From Squalus acanthias (lineage: Eukaryota): a stretch of DNA of 64,000 nucleotides. Made by a program: the position numbers and the translations under genes. The notes below the pieces were generated by a model. The model was not told where the DNA came from, searched no databases, and was given only the letters and a program-made list of their open reading frames with translations. Shown one piece after another: positions 13,518 through 25,025 of the stretch (its first letter is position 1; each line of letters begins with the position of its first letter). The stretch is from NCBI GenBank assembly GCA_030390025.1, contig CM059432.1:5332001-5396000 (forward strand), written 5' to 3'.

Positions 13518-15036
13518 TACGAATTGGGAGCAGGAGTAGGCCACTTGGCCCCTCAAGCCTGCTCCGCCATTCAATAAGATCATGGCTGATCTGATTACTC
13601 CACATTCCCGCCTACCCCCGATAACCTTTCACCCCCTTGCTTATCAAGAATCTATCTACTTCTGCCTTAAAAATATTCAAAGACTCTGCTTCCAGCGCCC
13701 TCTGAGGAAGAGAGTTCCAAAGACTCACGACCCTCTGAGAAAAAATTTCTCCTCATCTCTGTCTTAAATAGGTGACCCCTTATTTTTAAACAGTGACCCC
13801 TAGTTCTAGATTCTCCCACAAGAGGAAACATCCTCTCCACATTCACCCTGTCAAGACCCCTCGGGATCTTATATCACCTCTTACTCTTCTAAACTCCAGC
13901 AGATGCAAGCCTAGCCTGTCCAACCTTTCCTCATAAGACAACCCACCCATTCCAGGTATTAGTCTAGTAAACCTTCTCTGAACTGCTTCCAACGCATTTA
14001 CATCCTTCCTTAAATAAGGAGACCAATACTGTACACAGTACTCCAGATGTGGTCTCACCAATGCCCTGTATAACTAAAGCATAACCTCCCTACTTTTGTA
14101 TTCAATTCCCCTCGCAATAAACGATAACATTGTATTAGCTTTCCTAATTACTTGCCTACTAACCTTTTGCGATTCATGCACTAGGACACCCAGATCCCTC
14201 TGCATCTCAGAGCTCTGCAATCTCTCACCATTTAGATAATATGCTTTTTTATTCTTCCTGCCAAAATGGACAATTTCACATTTTCCTACATTATACTCCA
14301 TTTGCCAGATCTTTGCCCACTCACTTAACCTATCTATATCCCTTTGTAGCCTCCTTATGTCCTCTTCACAATTTACTTTCCTACCTATCTTTGTGTCATC
14401 AGCAAATTTAGCAACCATACCTTCATCCAAGTCATTTATATAAATTGTAAAAAGTTGAGGTCCCAACACTGATCCCTGTGGCACACCACTCGTTACATCT
14501 TGCCAATCAGAAAATGACCCATTTATACTTACTCTCTGTTTCCTGTTAGCTAGCCAATCTTCTATCCATGCCAATATGTTACCCCTACACCATGAGCTTT
14601 TATTTTCCGCAATAACCTTTGATGTGGCACCTTATCAAATGCCTACTGGAAATCTAAGTACAGTACATCCACCGGTTCCCCTTTATCCACAGCACATGTT
14701 ACTTCCTCAAAGAACTCCAATAAATTGGTTAAACATGATTTCCCCTGCCTGATTACCTTGAACTTTTCTATAATGCCCCTGCTATAACGTCTTTAATAAT
14801 AGCTTCTAACATCTTCCCTATGACAGATGTTAAGCTAACTGGTCTGTAGTTCCCTGCTTTCTGTCTCCCTCCCTTTTTGAATAAAGGAGTTACATTTGCT
14901 ATTTTCCAATCTAATGGAACTTTCCCCGAATCTAGGGAATTTTGGAAAATTAAAATCAACGCATCAACTATCTCACTAGCCACTTCTTTTAAGACCCTAG
15001 GATGAAGTCCATCAGGACCCGGGGACTTGTCAGCCC
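13518..15036 (-). mobile_element. CR1/HER1-like LINE RT fragment with tail
   Basis: [46 protein letters not shown]. Confidence 0.93.
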
Positions 15037-15231
15037 AGGAATGAATAAAGAAATGAGCTGAGGAAGGGGCGGAGTTGGGTGATGTTACGGAGGTGGAAGT
15101 AGGTGGCCTTAGTGATGGCGCAAGTTGTTGTTGTTGGTTCACTAATGCCCTTTAGGGAAAGAAATCTGCCTTCCTTAAACATTCTGGCCTATACATGACC
15201 CTAAGTCCCACACCAACTTGCTTGACTCCTA

Positions 15232-15385
15232 CAAAAGCAAAATACTGCGGATGCTGGAAATCTGAAATAAAAACAGAAAATGCTGGAAATACTCAGCAGG
15301 TCAGGCAGCATCTGTAGAGAGAGAAACAGAGTTAACGTTTCAGGTCGATGACTCTTCGTCAGAACTGGAAAAAGTTGGAGATGTC
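15232..15385 (-). mobile_element. Solo Penelope pLTR fragment with antisense hammerhead (15330-15366)
   Basis: Reverse complement of ~29375-29525. Confidence 0.8.
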
Positions 15386-15406
15386 TCATTGCTTGACTTA
15401 TTGCCA

Positions 15407-15841
15407 CAGGTCAGAGGCTAGGTATTCTGCAGTGAGTGTCTCACCGCCTGACTCCCCAAAGCCATTCCACCATCTACAAGGCACAAGTAAGGAGTGTGAT
15501 GGAATACTCTCCACTTGCCTGGATAAGTGCAGCTCCAACAACACTCGAAGCTCAAAACCATCCAGGACAAAGCAGCCTGCTTGATTGACACCCCATCCAC
15601 CACCTTAAACATTCACTCCCTCCACCACCGGCACACTGTGGCTGCAGTGTGTACCATCTACAAGATGCACCGCAGCAACTCGCCAAGGCTCCTTCGGCAG
15701 CACCTCCCAAACCCGTGACCTCTACCATCTAGAAGGACAAGGGCAGCAGGCGCATGGGAACTCCACCACCTCCAAGTTACACACTATCCTGACTTGGAAA
15801 TATATCGTCATTCCTTCATCGTCGCTGGGTCAAAGTCCTGG
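15407..15841 (+). repeat. Inverted duplicate arm of the LINE-B 3' region
   Basis: Reverse complement of 15959-16094 plus ~300 nt absent from that arm; shares private variants. Confidence 0.8.
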
Positions 15842-18800
15842 GATGTGGGCGTCGCTGACAAGGCCAGCATCCTTAATTGCCCATGAGAAAGTGGTGGTGA
15901 GCCGCCGCTGCAGTCGTTGTAGTGAAGGTACTCCCACAGTGCTATTAGGGAGGGAGTTCCAGGACTTTGACCCAGCGACGATGAAGGAACGGCGATATAT
16001 TTCCAAGTCAGGATAGTGTGTAACTTGGAGGTGGAATGGCTTTGGGGAGTCAGGCGGTGAGTCACTCACTGCAGAATACCTAGCCTCTGACCTGCTCTTA
16101 TTGCCACAGTATTTATGTGGCTGGCCCAGTTAAGTTTCTGGTCAATGGTGACCCCCAGGATGTTAATGGTGGGGGATTCATCGATGGTAATGCTGTTGAA
16201 TGTCAAGGGGCGGTGGTTAGACTCTCGTTTGTTGGAGATAGTCATTGCCTGGCGCGAATGTTACCTGCCACTTATCAACCCAAGCCTGAACGTCGTCCAG
16301 ATCTTGTTGCATGCGGGCATGGACTGCTTCATTATCTGAGGAGTTGTGAATGTCACTGAACACTGTGCAGTCATCAGCGAACATCCCCATTTTTGACCTT
16401 ATGTTGGAGGGAAAGTCATTGATGAAGCAGCTGAAGATGGTTGTGCCTAGGACACTGCCCTGAGGAACTCCTGCAGCGATGTCCTGGGGCTGTGATGATT
16501 GACCACCAACCACCACAACCATCTTCCTTTGTGCTAGGTATGGCTCCAGCCAGTGGAGTGTTTCCCCCCCCGATTCCCATTGACTTCAGTTTTACATGGG
16601 CTCCTTGATGCCACACTCGGTCAACTGCTGCCTTGATGTCAAAGGCAGTCACTCTCGCATCAACTCTGGAATTCAGCTCTTTTGTCCGTGTTTGGACCAA
16701 GGCTGTAATGCGGTCTGGAGCCGAGTGGTCTTGGCGGAACCCAAACTCTGCATCAGTGAACAGGTTATTGGTGAGTAATTGCTGCTTGATAGCACTGTCG
16801 ACGACACCTTCCATCACTTTGTTGATGATTGAGAGTAGATTGATGGGGTGGTAATTGGCCGGATTGGATTTGTCCTGCTTTTTATGGACAGGACATAACT
16901 GGGCAGTTTTCCACATTGTCAGGTAGATACCAGTGCTATAGCTGTACTGGAACAGCTTGGCTAGAGGCGCAGCTAGTTCTGGAGCACAAGTCTTCAGCAC
17001 GACAACCAGAATGTTGTCGGGGCCAATAGCCTTTGCAGTGCACTCAGCCATTTTTTGTTATCACGTAGAGTGAATCGAATTGGCTGAAGACTGGCTTCTG
17101 TGATGGTGGGGACCTCAGGAGGAGGCCACCATGCATCATCCACTCAACACATCTGGCTGAAGATGGTTGCAAACGCTTCAGCCTTGTCTTTTGCACTCAC
17201 ATGCTGGGCTCCACCATCATTGAGGATGGGGATATTCATGGAGCCGCCTCCTCCTCCCGTTAGTTGTTTAATGGTCCACCACCATTCACGACTGGATGTG
17301 GCAGGACTGCAGAGCTTTGATCTGATCTGTTGATTGTGGGATCGCTTAGCCCAGTCTATAGCATACTGCTTCCGCTTTTTAGCATACATGTAGTCCTGTG
17401 TTGCAGCTTCTCCAGGTTGGCACCTCCTTTTTAGGTGCGCCTGGTGCTGCTCCTGGCATGCTCTTCTACATTCCTTATTGAACCAGGGTTGGTTCCTTGG
17501 CTTGGTAATGGTAGAGTGAAGCATATGCCAGGCCATGAGTCATAACGGCACAGAAGGAGGCCATTCGGCCCATTGAGTCCGTGCCAGCTCTCTGCAGAGC
17601 AATCCAGTCAGTCCCATTCCCCCGCTCTATCCCTGTAGCCCTGCAAGTTTATTTCCCTCAAGTTCCAGTCTACCCTTCAAAACATTGAGTGTCTCCGCTT
17701 CCACCACTTCCGTCGGCAGCGAGTTCCAGGTCCTCACCACTATCTACGTAAAAAAGTTATTCCTCACATCCCCCCTGTATCTCTTGCCCAAAACTTTAAA
17801 TCTGTGTCCCCATGTCCTTGTACCATCAACTAGTGGGAACAGCCTTTCCCCGTCTAGCCTATCCAAACCAGTCATAATCTTGTACACCTCTATCAAATCA
17901 TCCCTCAATCTCTTTGCTCTAATGACAACAAATCCAGCTTCTCCAACCTGTCCTTGAGGTTACAGATTGTGGTGGAATACAATTCTGCTGCTGCTGATGG
18001 CCCACATCACCTCATCGATGCCCAGATTTGAGCTGCTAGATCTGTTCTGAATCTATCCCATTTAGCACGGTGGTAGTACCACACAACACGATGGAGGGTG
18101 TCCTCAGTCTGAAGACGGGACTTTGTCTCCACAATGACTGTACGGTGGTCACTGCTACCAATGCTGTCATGGACAGATGCATCTGCGACAGGTAGATTGG
18201 TGAGGATGAGGTCAAGTAGGTTCTTCCCCTCGTTGGTTCTCTCACCAGACTGGCAGCTATGTCCTTCATGACTCGGTCAGTAGTGGTGCTACCGAGTCAC
18301 TCTGGGTGGGTGACTTCAATGTCTATCACCAAGAGTGCATTCTGTGCCCTTGCTACACTCGGTGCTTCTTCCAAGTGGTGTTCAACATGGAGTACTGATT
18401 CATCAGCTGAGGGAGGGCGGTAGGTGGTAATCAGCAGGAGGTTTCCTTGCCCATTGCTTGACCTGAAGCCATGAGACTTCATGGGGTCCGGAGTCAATGT
18501 TGAGGACTCCCAGGGCCACGCCTTCCCAACTGTATACCACTGTGCTGCCACCCCTGGTGGGTCAGTCCTGTCGGTGGGCCCGGACATACCCAGGGGTGGT
18601 GATGGAGGAGTTTGGGACATTGGCTGAAAGGTATGATTCTGTGAGTATGACTATGTCAGGCTGTTGCTTCACGAGTCGGTGGGACAGCTCTCCCAATTTT
18701 GGCACAAGTCCCCAGATGTTGGTGAGGAGGACTTTGCAGGGTCGACTGGGCTGGATGTGCCGTTTCCGTAGCTGGTGCCGAGGTCCATGCCGGGTGGTCC

Positions 18801-19122
18801 GTCCAGTTTTATTATCATTGTTTCTCGTAGCGGTTTGTTACAACTGAGTGAGTGGCTTGCTCGGCCAGTTCAGAGGGCAGTTAAGAGTCAACCACATTGT
18901 TGTGGGTCTGGAGTCACACATAGGTCAGACCGGGTAAGGACGGCAGATTTCCTTCCCTAAAGGACATTAGTGAACCAGATGGGGTTTTACGACATTCCGA
19001 TAGTTTTATGGTCCCCATTACTGATACTAGCTTTTTATTCCAGATTTATTCAATTAACTGAATTTAAATTCCCCAGCTGCCGTGGTGGGATTTGAACTCC
19101 TGTCTCTGGATCATTAGTCCAG
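15836..19122 (-). mobile_element. Near full-length single-ORF non-LTR retrotransposon ('LINE-B', CR1/L2-group-like): tRNA-derived head + MER131-like body + decayed APE-RT ORF + short tail
   Basis: APE start KVLLTNIWGL...PDIVILTESYL at ~18735. RT motifs [38 protein letters not shown]-box GAGTTCAAATCC at 19088-19099 (minus). Frameshifted, with a CR1 insert at 17540-17955. Confidence 0.85.
17540..17955 (-). mobile_element. CR1 3' fragment nested in LINE-B
   Basis: CR1 tail; the LINE-B sequence resumes at 17956 with a TGAG duplication. Confidence 0.8.
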
Positions 19123-19464
19123 TCACTAGTGCATGAGGGCAAAAGGAATAGAAAGGTATGCTGATGGGGTGAGATGAAGTAGGGTGGGGGCCTGCTCATG
19201 TGGAGCATAAACACCGACCAGTTTGGCTGAATGGCCTGTTTCTGTGCTGTAAAAACGATGTAAAATTGGCTGTGTTTGTAGAACAGTACAGCTATTCATA
19301 CCATGCTGCCTTAGTAAACCATCTCTGAAAAGTTCACATCGCACTTTTATGCTTCATAAGCACGGTGCACAAATATGGATTGAGACCATCCATATTCAAC
19401 AGCTCTGTGCCATGAGTTGGCTGTTTATTAAAAAAAAATGGTCCTTGATTTTTTTTTTAAATAG

Positions 19465-19555
19465 ACAAAGAAAAACAAGAAGAAGCCAAAGGCAGAGATG
19501 AAACATCTGCAGGATGAGCCGCAGAATCGGGCTGAAGGCAAAGAAACTGATGAAG
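19465..19555 (+). CDS. mtdh: Metadherin coding exon: TKKNKKKPKAEMKHLQDEPQNRAEGKETDE(G)
   Basis: T-tract + atAG acceptor, G|GTGGGT donor, 91 nt, phase 0-1. Matches human SKKNKKKSKSDAK...GKEVDEG. Confidence 0.93.
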
Positions 19556-20419
19556 GTGGGTGATGCTAACACCATATACCGCTGTTAATTCAAAATCAGC
19601 TTTTGCTCATAAAATTCAAATTAATTCAGCAGTTCATATTAATCAATTTGAATAAAACGGCACAGGAGACTTTTTTAATACAATTTCAATTCAAATTACC
19701 AGATAATTTGAATGAAGATGAGTAGAATGTGCTTGTAATAATTCACAAAAGATGAACTTTATAACTGTTCTGAAGTTAAGTGTTGCATATCTCTTTTTAA
19801 AAACGTACTTTCCTTCCTTCCTTGCTTGTGGATGGAAAGAATCTCTGGAAAAATTGTAGTTCTAATAAGTGCCAGGTTACACTAGACGTGCAAGAATTTA
19901 ACTACAAACTAATAATCAAACATACAGGACCACAACGAATAAATATATCGGAACCCTCGAGTAAAGCAAATAGCTACTGGTCATTGGAAAAATAAAGTCA
20001 TGGGAAATAACGGATACAGTGTTCATATTCAAACCCACAGGATCATAATGATCTGAACCAAGTATGATTCCGTCAGGGTTTAGGACTGTTACTCAGCCAG
20101 ATCTTTCCTTGGCTGTTAAATCTTTTTGGTACATGCACCAGCATTTTCCTTCGATTGTGCCCAGTGTTGCTCAACTTATTTACGAAGGGTAAGCTGAAAG
20201 AATTTTTAAGAATGCAAGAAATAGGAGCAGGAGTAGGTCACTCGGCTCCTCATGGCTGATCTTCTACCTCAACTCCACTTTCCCACCCTATCTCCTTGAT
20301 TCCCTTAGTATCCAAAAATCTACCGATCTCCGTCTTAATTTGTTCAACTCCCAACTATTTGTATTGAATAGTTCATAATCTGCCTGTTTAGCGTCATGGA
20401 AGAAGGGTGTCTTTTATTT

Positions 20420-20750
20420 TTTTATTCATTCACGGGATGTGGGTGTCGCTGGCAAGGCCAGCATTTATTGCCCTTGAGAAGGTGGTGGTGAGCCGCCGCC
20501 TTGAACCGCTGAAGTCCGCGTGGTGAAGGTACTCCCACAGTGCTGTTAGGGATAGAGTTCCAGGATTTTGACTCGGCGACGATGATGGAACGGCCGATGT
20601 ATTTCCAAGTCAGAGCGGTGTGTGACTTGGGAGGGGAACTTGGAGGTGATGGTGCTCCCGTGCGCCTGCTGCCCTTGACCTTCTAGGTGGTGGAGGTTGC
20701 AGGTTTGGGAGGTGCTGTCGAAGAAGCCTTGGCGAGTTGCTGCAGTGGAG
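20420..20750 (-). mobile_element. LINE-B 3' fragment
   Basis: Reverse complement of the LINE-B tail and ORF end. Confidence 0.8.
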
Positions 20751-21103
20751 AGTTGGATGAGGTGCTATCTGCTGTTGCCGTTTGTGGAACCGTATTTTAG
20801 CAACAGCCACAAGAGAACTGGTTCAAAAGCTGACATTTCTTGTATGAAATATATTATTCTGGTTTGTGATTCCAGTTTAGCTAAGTGGAAAGGAATTTTG
20901 CTGTTTTTGGAAAGGGAAAGAAAAGAAGATCTGTATTGTACGAAGGAAATCTTTCAGTCCTTTTTTGCATTGCCATTTTCTTACTTTCTACCAGTTTCTC
21001 TTCCTCTCCTCCCCCAACTTCTGAAGGTCTTGACTCCATGCTGGAGAACAGTTCTGCAAGAGAGTCTGGTCCAGTACACCTCTCAAGTGACCATTCCTGA
21101 TAC

Positions 21104-21885
21104 AGTAACATTCGCACCACACAAGTGCCAGGCAATGACTATCTCCAACAAGCGAGAGTCTAGCCACCTCCCCTTGATATTCAACGGCATTACCATCGCC
21201 GAATCCCCCATCCTGGGGGGGTCACCATTGACCAGAAACTTAACTGGACCAGCCACATCTATATTGTGGTTACAAGAGCAGGCTGGGTATTCTGCAGCGA
21301 GTGAATCACCTCCTGACTCCCCAAAGCCTTTCCACCATCTACAAGGCACAAGTCAGGAGTGTGCTGGAATACTCTCCACTTGCCTGGATGAGTGCAGCTC
21401 CAACAACACTCAAGAAGCTCGACACCATCCAAGAAATAGCAGCATGCTTGACTGGCACCCCATCCACCACCTTAAACATTTACTCCCATCACCACCGGCA
21501 TACCGTGGCTGCAGTGTGTACCATCTACAGGATGCACTGCAGCAACTCACCAAGGCTTCTTCGGCAGCACCTCCCAAACCTGCGACCTCTACCACCGATA
21601 AGGACAAGGGCTTCTGGTGCATGGGAACACCATCACCTACAAGTTCCCCTCCAAGTCACACAGCATCCTGTCTTGGAAATATATCGGCCGTTCCTTCATC
21701 GTCGCTGGGTCAAAATCCTGGAACTCCCTCCCGAACAGCACTGTGGGAGCACCTTCATCACACGGACTGCAGCGGTTCAAGAAGGCGGCTCACCACCACC
21801 TTCTCGAGGGCAATTAGGGATGGGCAATAAATGCTGGCCTTGCCAGTGATGCCCACATCCCATAAACGAATTTAAAAAAAAAAAA
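21104..21885 (+). mobile_element. LINE-B 5'-truncated copy
   Basis: VTFAPHKCQAMTIS...YKAQVRSVLEYSPLAW...HHHLLEGN, tail and poly(A). Confidence 0.88.
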
Positions 21886-22719
21886 GCATTGAATTTGGAC
21901 CGGCTATTTCGACAGATTTCATAATCTGTTCCTCAGTTGATCTCCACACATACACTTCCAACAGGGGTTGCTAGATAGCAATCAGGCAGCAGGAATCTTG
22001 TCTGGCTTTCTGCTCCCAGGCATGGTGGTCCTGAAGCCAGTTGTAGCCCAGCAACAGCTGATTCGGGACAGATTAAATTGCAGTGGGTGCAAAAACAATA
22101 ACTGTCAAACTTGGGAGTTTTTATTTAGAAAGGACCGCATAATATTTTCAGTTGAGAAGAAAAATTTAGTGGGCAAATTGCTACATTTGCTGAAATATAT
22201 TTTCAAATTGAAGTCAGTGGAGTATTTTCTGCTAATTTTCTCATCGTTTCAAAATAGCTGATATTTATAAAAATGCATTTTGAAGGAATACTTCAGAATC
22301 CGCCAAAGCAGTATTTGTCCACAAGGACATTTGTCGTTGTCACAAAAGCCCTATAAGTGAAGATTTGAGGCGCACTACCCTGTCCAGTTGGAAAGCAGTT
22401 GAGAAGTGCTCAGCTGTGACATGCCCAGTTGAATCCTGGTTGATGGACTGGAGGGTCAGAGATGATGCAGTGATTTATAACAGCACCTGCTGTCCAGTGT
22501 TCACGCCAGTGAGTTGTTGAGGAAAAGGCAAAGGAATAGTGAAAGGTTGACCATATTGGGTGTCTTGAAGAGAGCCGCACTGTTGGGCATAAGAATTAGG
22601 AGCAGGAGTCAGCCATACGGCCCCTCGAGCCTGTTCTGCCATTCAATCAGATCATGGCTGATCTTCGACCCCAATTCCACTTTCCCGCCCGATCCCCATA
22701 TCCCTTAGCGGAAAGAACA

Positions 22720-23740
22720 AATCTGACTGAATTGGCGATATTATTTTGTCACAAAGCCTATTCACTAGTTTTGCTCCTGCATCTCAATGACAATGTGGAG
22801 AAGCTATGTTGCAGAGGACTGGCAACCGAGGGAGGGCACAATGGGCATGACACAAGGTGCATAGTAGAATGCAATTGACTATCCACCAGCTTCGTGTGCA
22901 GTGAGTGAGCCCACACAGGAGTGTAATATTCCGCAACTGAATAGCAGAGTGCAAGATAAGGTGAGCATAAAGTGGAGGTGTTTCCTCCCCAGGCAGAGCT
23001 GGCAAGTTTGGTGATTGGGTTATTTTGGGTTTTGACTTTCTCCGCCATTTTCAGTAGATAGTTTTTGTAGGTTACTGACCAGTTTGTTCCTCCCAAACCC
23101 GGGACCTCTACTACCTAGAAAGTACAAGGGCAGCAGGCGCATGGGAACACCATCACCTCCAAGTTACACACCATGCTGACGTGGAAATATATTGCCGTTC
23201 CTTCATCGTCACTGGGTCAAATTCCTGGCACTCCCTCCCTAATGGCACTGGGAAGAACCTTCACCGCGAAGGTGACTCACCACCACCTTCTCGAGGGCAG
23301 TTGGGGATGGGCAATAAATGCTGGCATTGCCAGCGACTCCCACATCCCTGGAATGAATTTAAAAGGGTGACGCCCAGGTAAACAGGGTGAGCTTCATGTT
23401 TAAGAAATTGACTATTTAGTATGCTAATGTGTTGACGAGAGGCACTAGCATTGAGGAAGTGAAGGACGGAGGACACAGTCTTTGTGGTACTTGGTTGAAG
23501 GCACCATTGTTTCATTTCATATTAGCAAATGGTTTCATACGAACGTACAAAATTGACGGGCAGGAAAAGACCAGCTGGTCCATCAAGCCTGCCCCAGAGT
23601 GAAGAAGTCACCAGCTTGAGTATCAACGGCACTGTCCTCGGCATAGATGAATTTCCCCCATCTGGTCACAGGCAGGTTGTTTACGTACGGATTAAAAAGG
23701 AGCGGTGCTGCGACTGATCCCTGAGGGACGCTGGTTGGGT
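22720..23740 (-). mobile_element. Vingi/Ingi-like (I-group) LINE RT fragment, decayed
   Basis: VPQGSVAAPLLFN, FIYAED, W.LQPSTTKTVSS, HPVYLGVTL, KTQNN.ITKLA.SAWG, LALCYSVAEY.TPVW. Confidence 0.75.
23088..23363 (+). mobile_element. LINE-B 3' fragment nested in the Vingi-like element
   Basis: LINE-B tail interrupting the minus-strand Vingi-like ORF. Confidence 0.8.
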
Positions 23741-24259
23741 TGGCCAAGTGTACTCTGAAACATCAGCCCCGCAGCAGTAATTCAACGGAGCAGGTGGCCC
23801 AAGATGCGGCACTGTCCTCCTCACGGGACCCACCTTGCGTTTAATAATTCTCTTTTGTAGAATACTTCACTGCCATCAGTTTCAAAATTTTCCTTTTTAT
23901 GGCTCTGATTGTGTTCTTAATTAATGAGGTCATCCCTCTTTTTTTCCTTCTCTTGTAGCCAGGAATATTTAGTTTCTGGTTCCACCTGACAGCAGCCAAG
24001 TTTCTGTCAAGGCTACATCATGATCCTCTATTGTAATTCGTGCTTCGAAGATTCCTGCTTTTATTTCTAATGATTTGAAAAAAAAGACCATTGGCCAGAC
24101 TCCATCATCCTCCTCAGTACCCTTTCCCTTCTAGTTTTTTTCTTTCCTTCACTACCCTGCTCCTATTTTCCCTGAGTTACATCTCTCCATTACCCCCTCT
24201 ATTATTTTCATCTACTTTGCCCATTAGCTTTACCAATTGTTGATACCTCTGAGGTTATT

Positions 24260-25025
24260 CACTTTGGTAGGAAGAATAGAAAAACAGAATATTTTTTAAA
24301 TGGTGAGGAGCTATTAAATGTTGGTGTTCAGAGAGATTTGGGTGACCTAGTACACGAAACACAGAGTTAACATGCAGCTACAGCAAGCAATTAGGAAGGC
24401 AAATGGCATGTTGGCCTTTACTGCCAGGGGGTTGGAGTACAAGAGTAAGGAAGTCTTGCTGCAATTGTACAGGGCTTTGGTGAGACCACACCTGGAGTAC
24501 TGTGCACAGTTTTGGACTCCTTATCTGAGGAAGGATATACTTGCCTTGGAGGTGGTGCAACAAAGGTTCACTAGATTGATTCCTGGGATGAGAGGGTTGT
24601 CCTATGAGGAGAGATTAGGTAGATTGGACCTATACTCTCTGTTGAGAAGAATGAGAGGTGATTTCATTGAAACATATAAGATTCTGAGGGGGATTGACGG
24701 GGTAGATGGCTGGAGAGTCTAGAACTAGGCCATAGTCTCAGGATAAGTGGTCGGCCATTTAGGACTGAGATGAGGAGGAATTTCTTCACTCAGGGTTGTG
24801 AATCTTTGGAATGCTCTACCCCAAAAGGGCTGTGATGCTGAATCATTGAGTATATTCAAGGCTGAGATCGATAGAGTTTTGGACTCTAGGGGTATCGAGG
24901 GATATGGAAATCAGGCGGGAAAGTGGAGTTGAGATCGAAGATCAGCCATGATCTTATTGAATGGCAGAGCAGGCTTGAGGGGCCGTGAGGCCGACTCCCG
25001 CTCCTAATTCTCAAGTTCTTATGTT
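24260..25025 (+). mobile_element. CR1/HER1-like 3' fragment
   Basis: RKANGMLAF...LVRPHLEYC...RRMRGDFIETYKIL plus tail. Confidence 0.9.

Noticed and set aside
20697..21830. 377-aa ORF, the longest in the track
   Set aside because: Chance read-through across an antisense LINE-B piece, unique spacer and mostly off-frame LINE-B sequence; not a gene.
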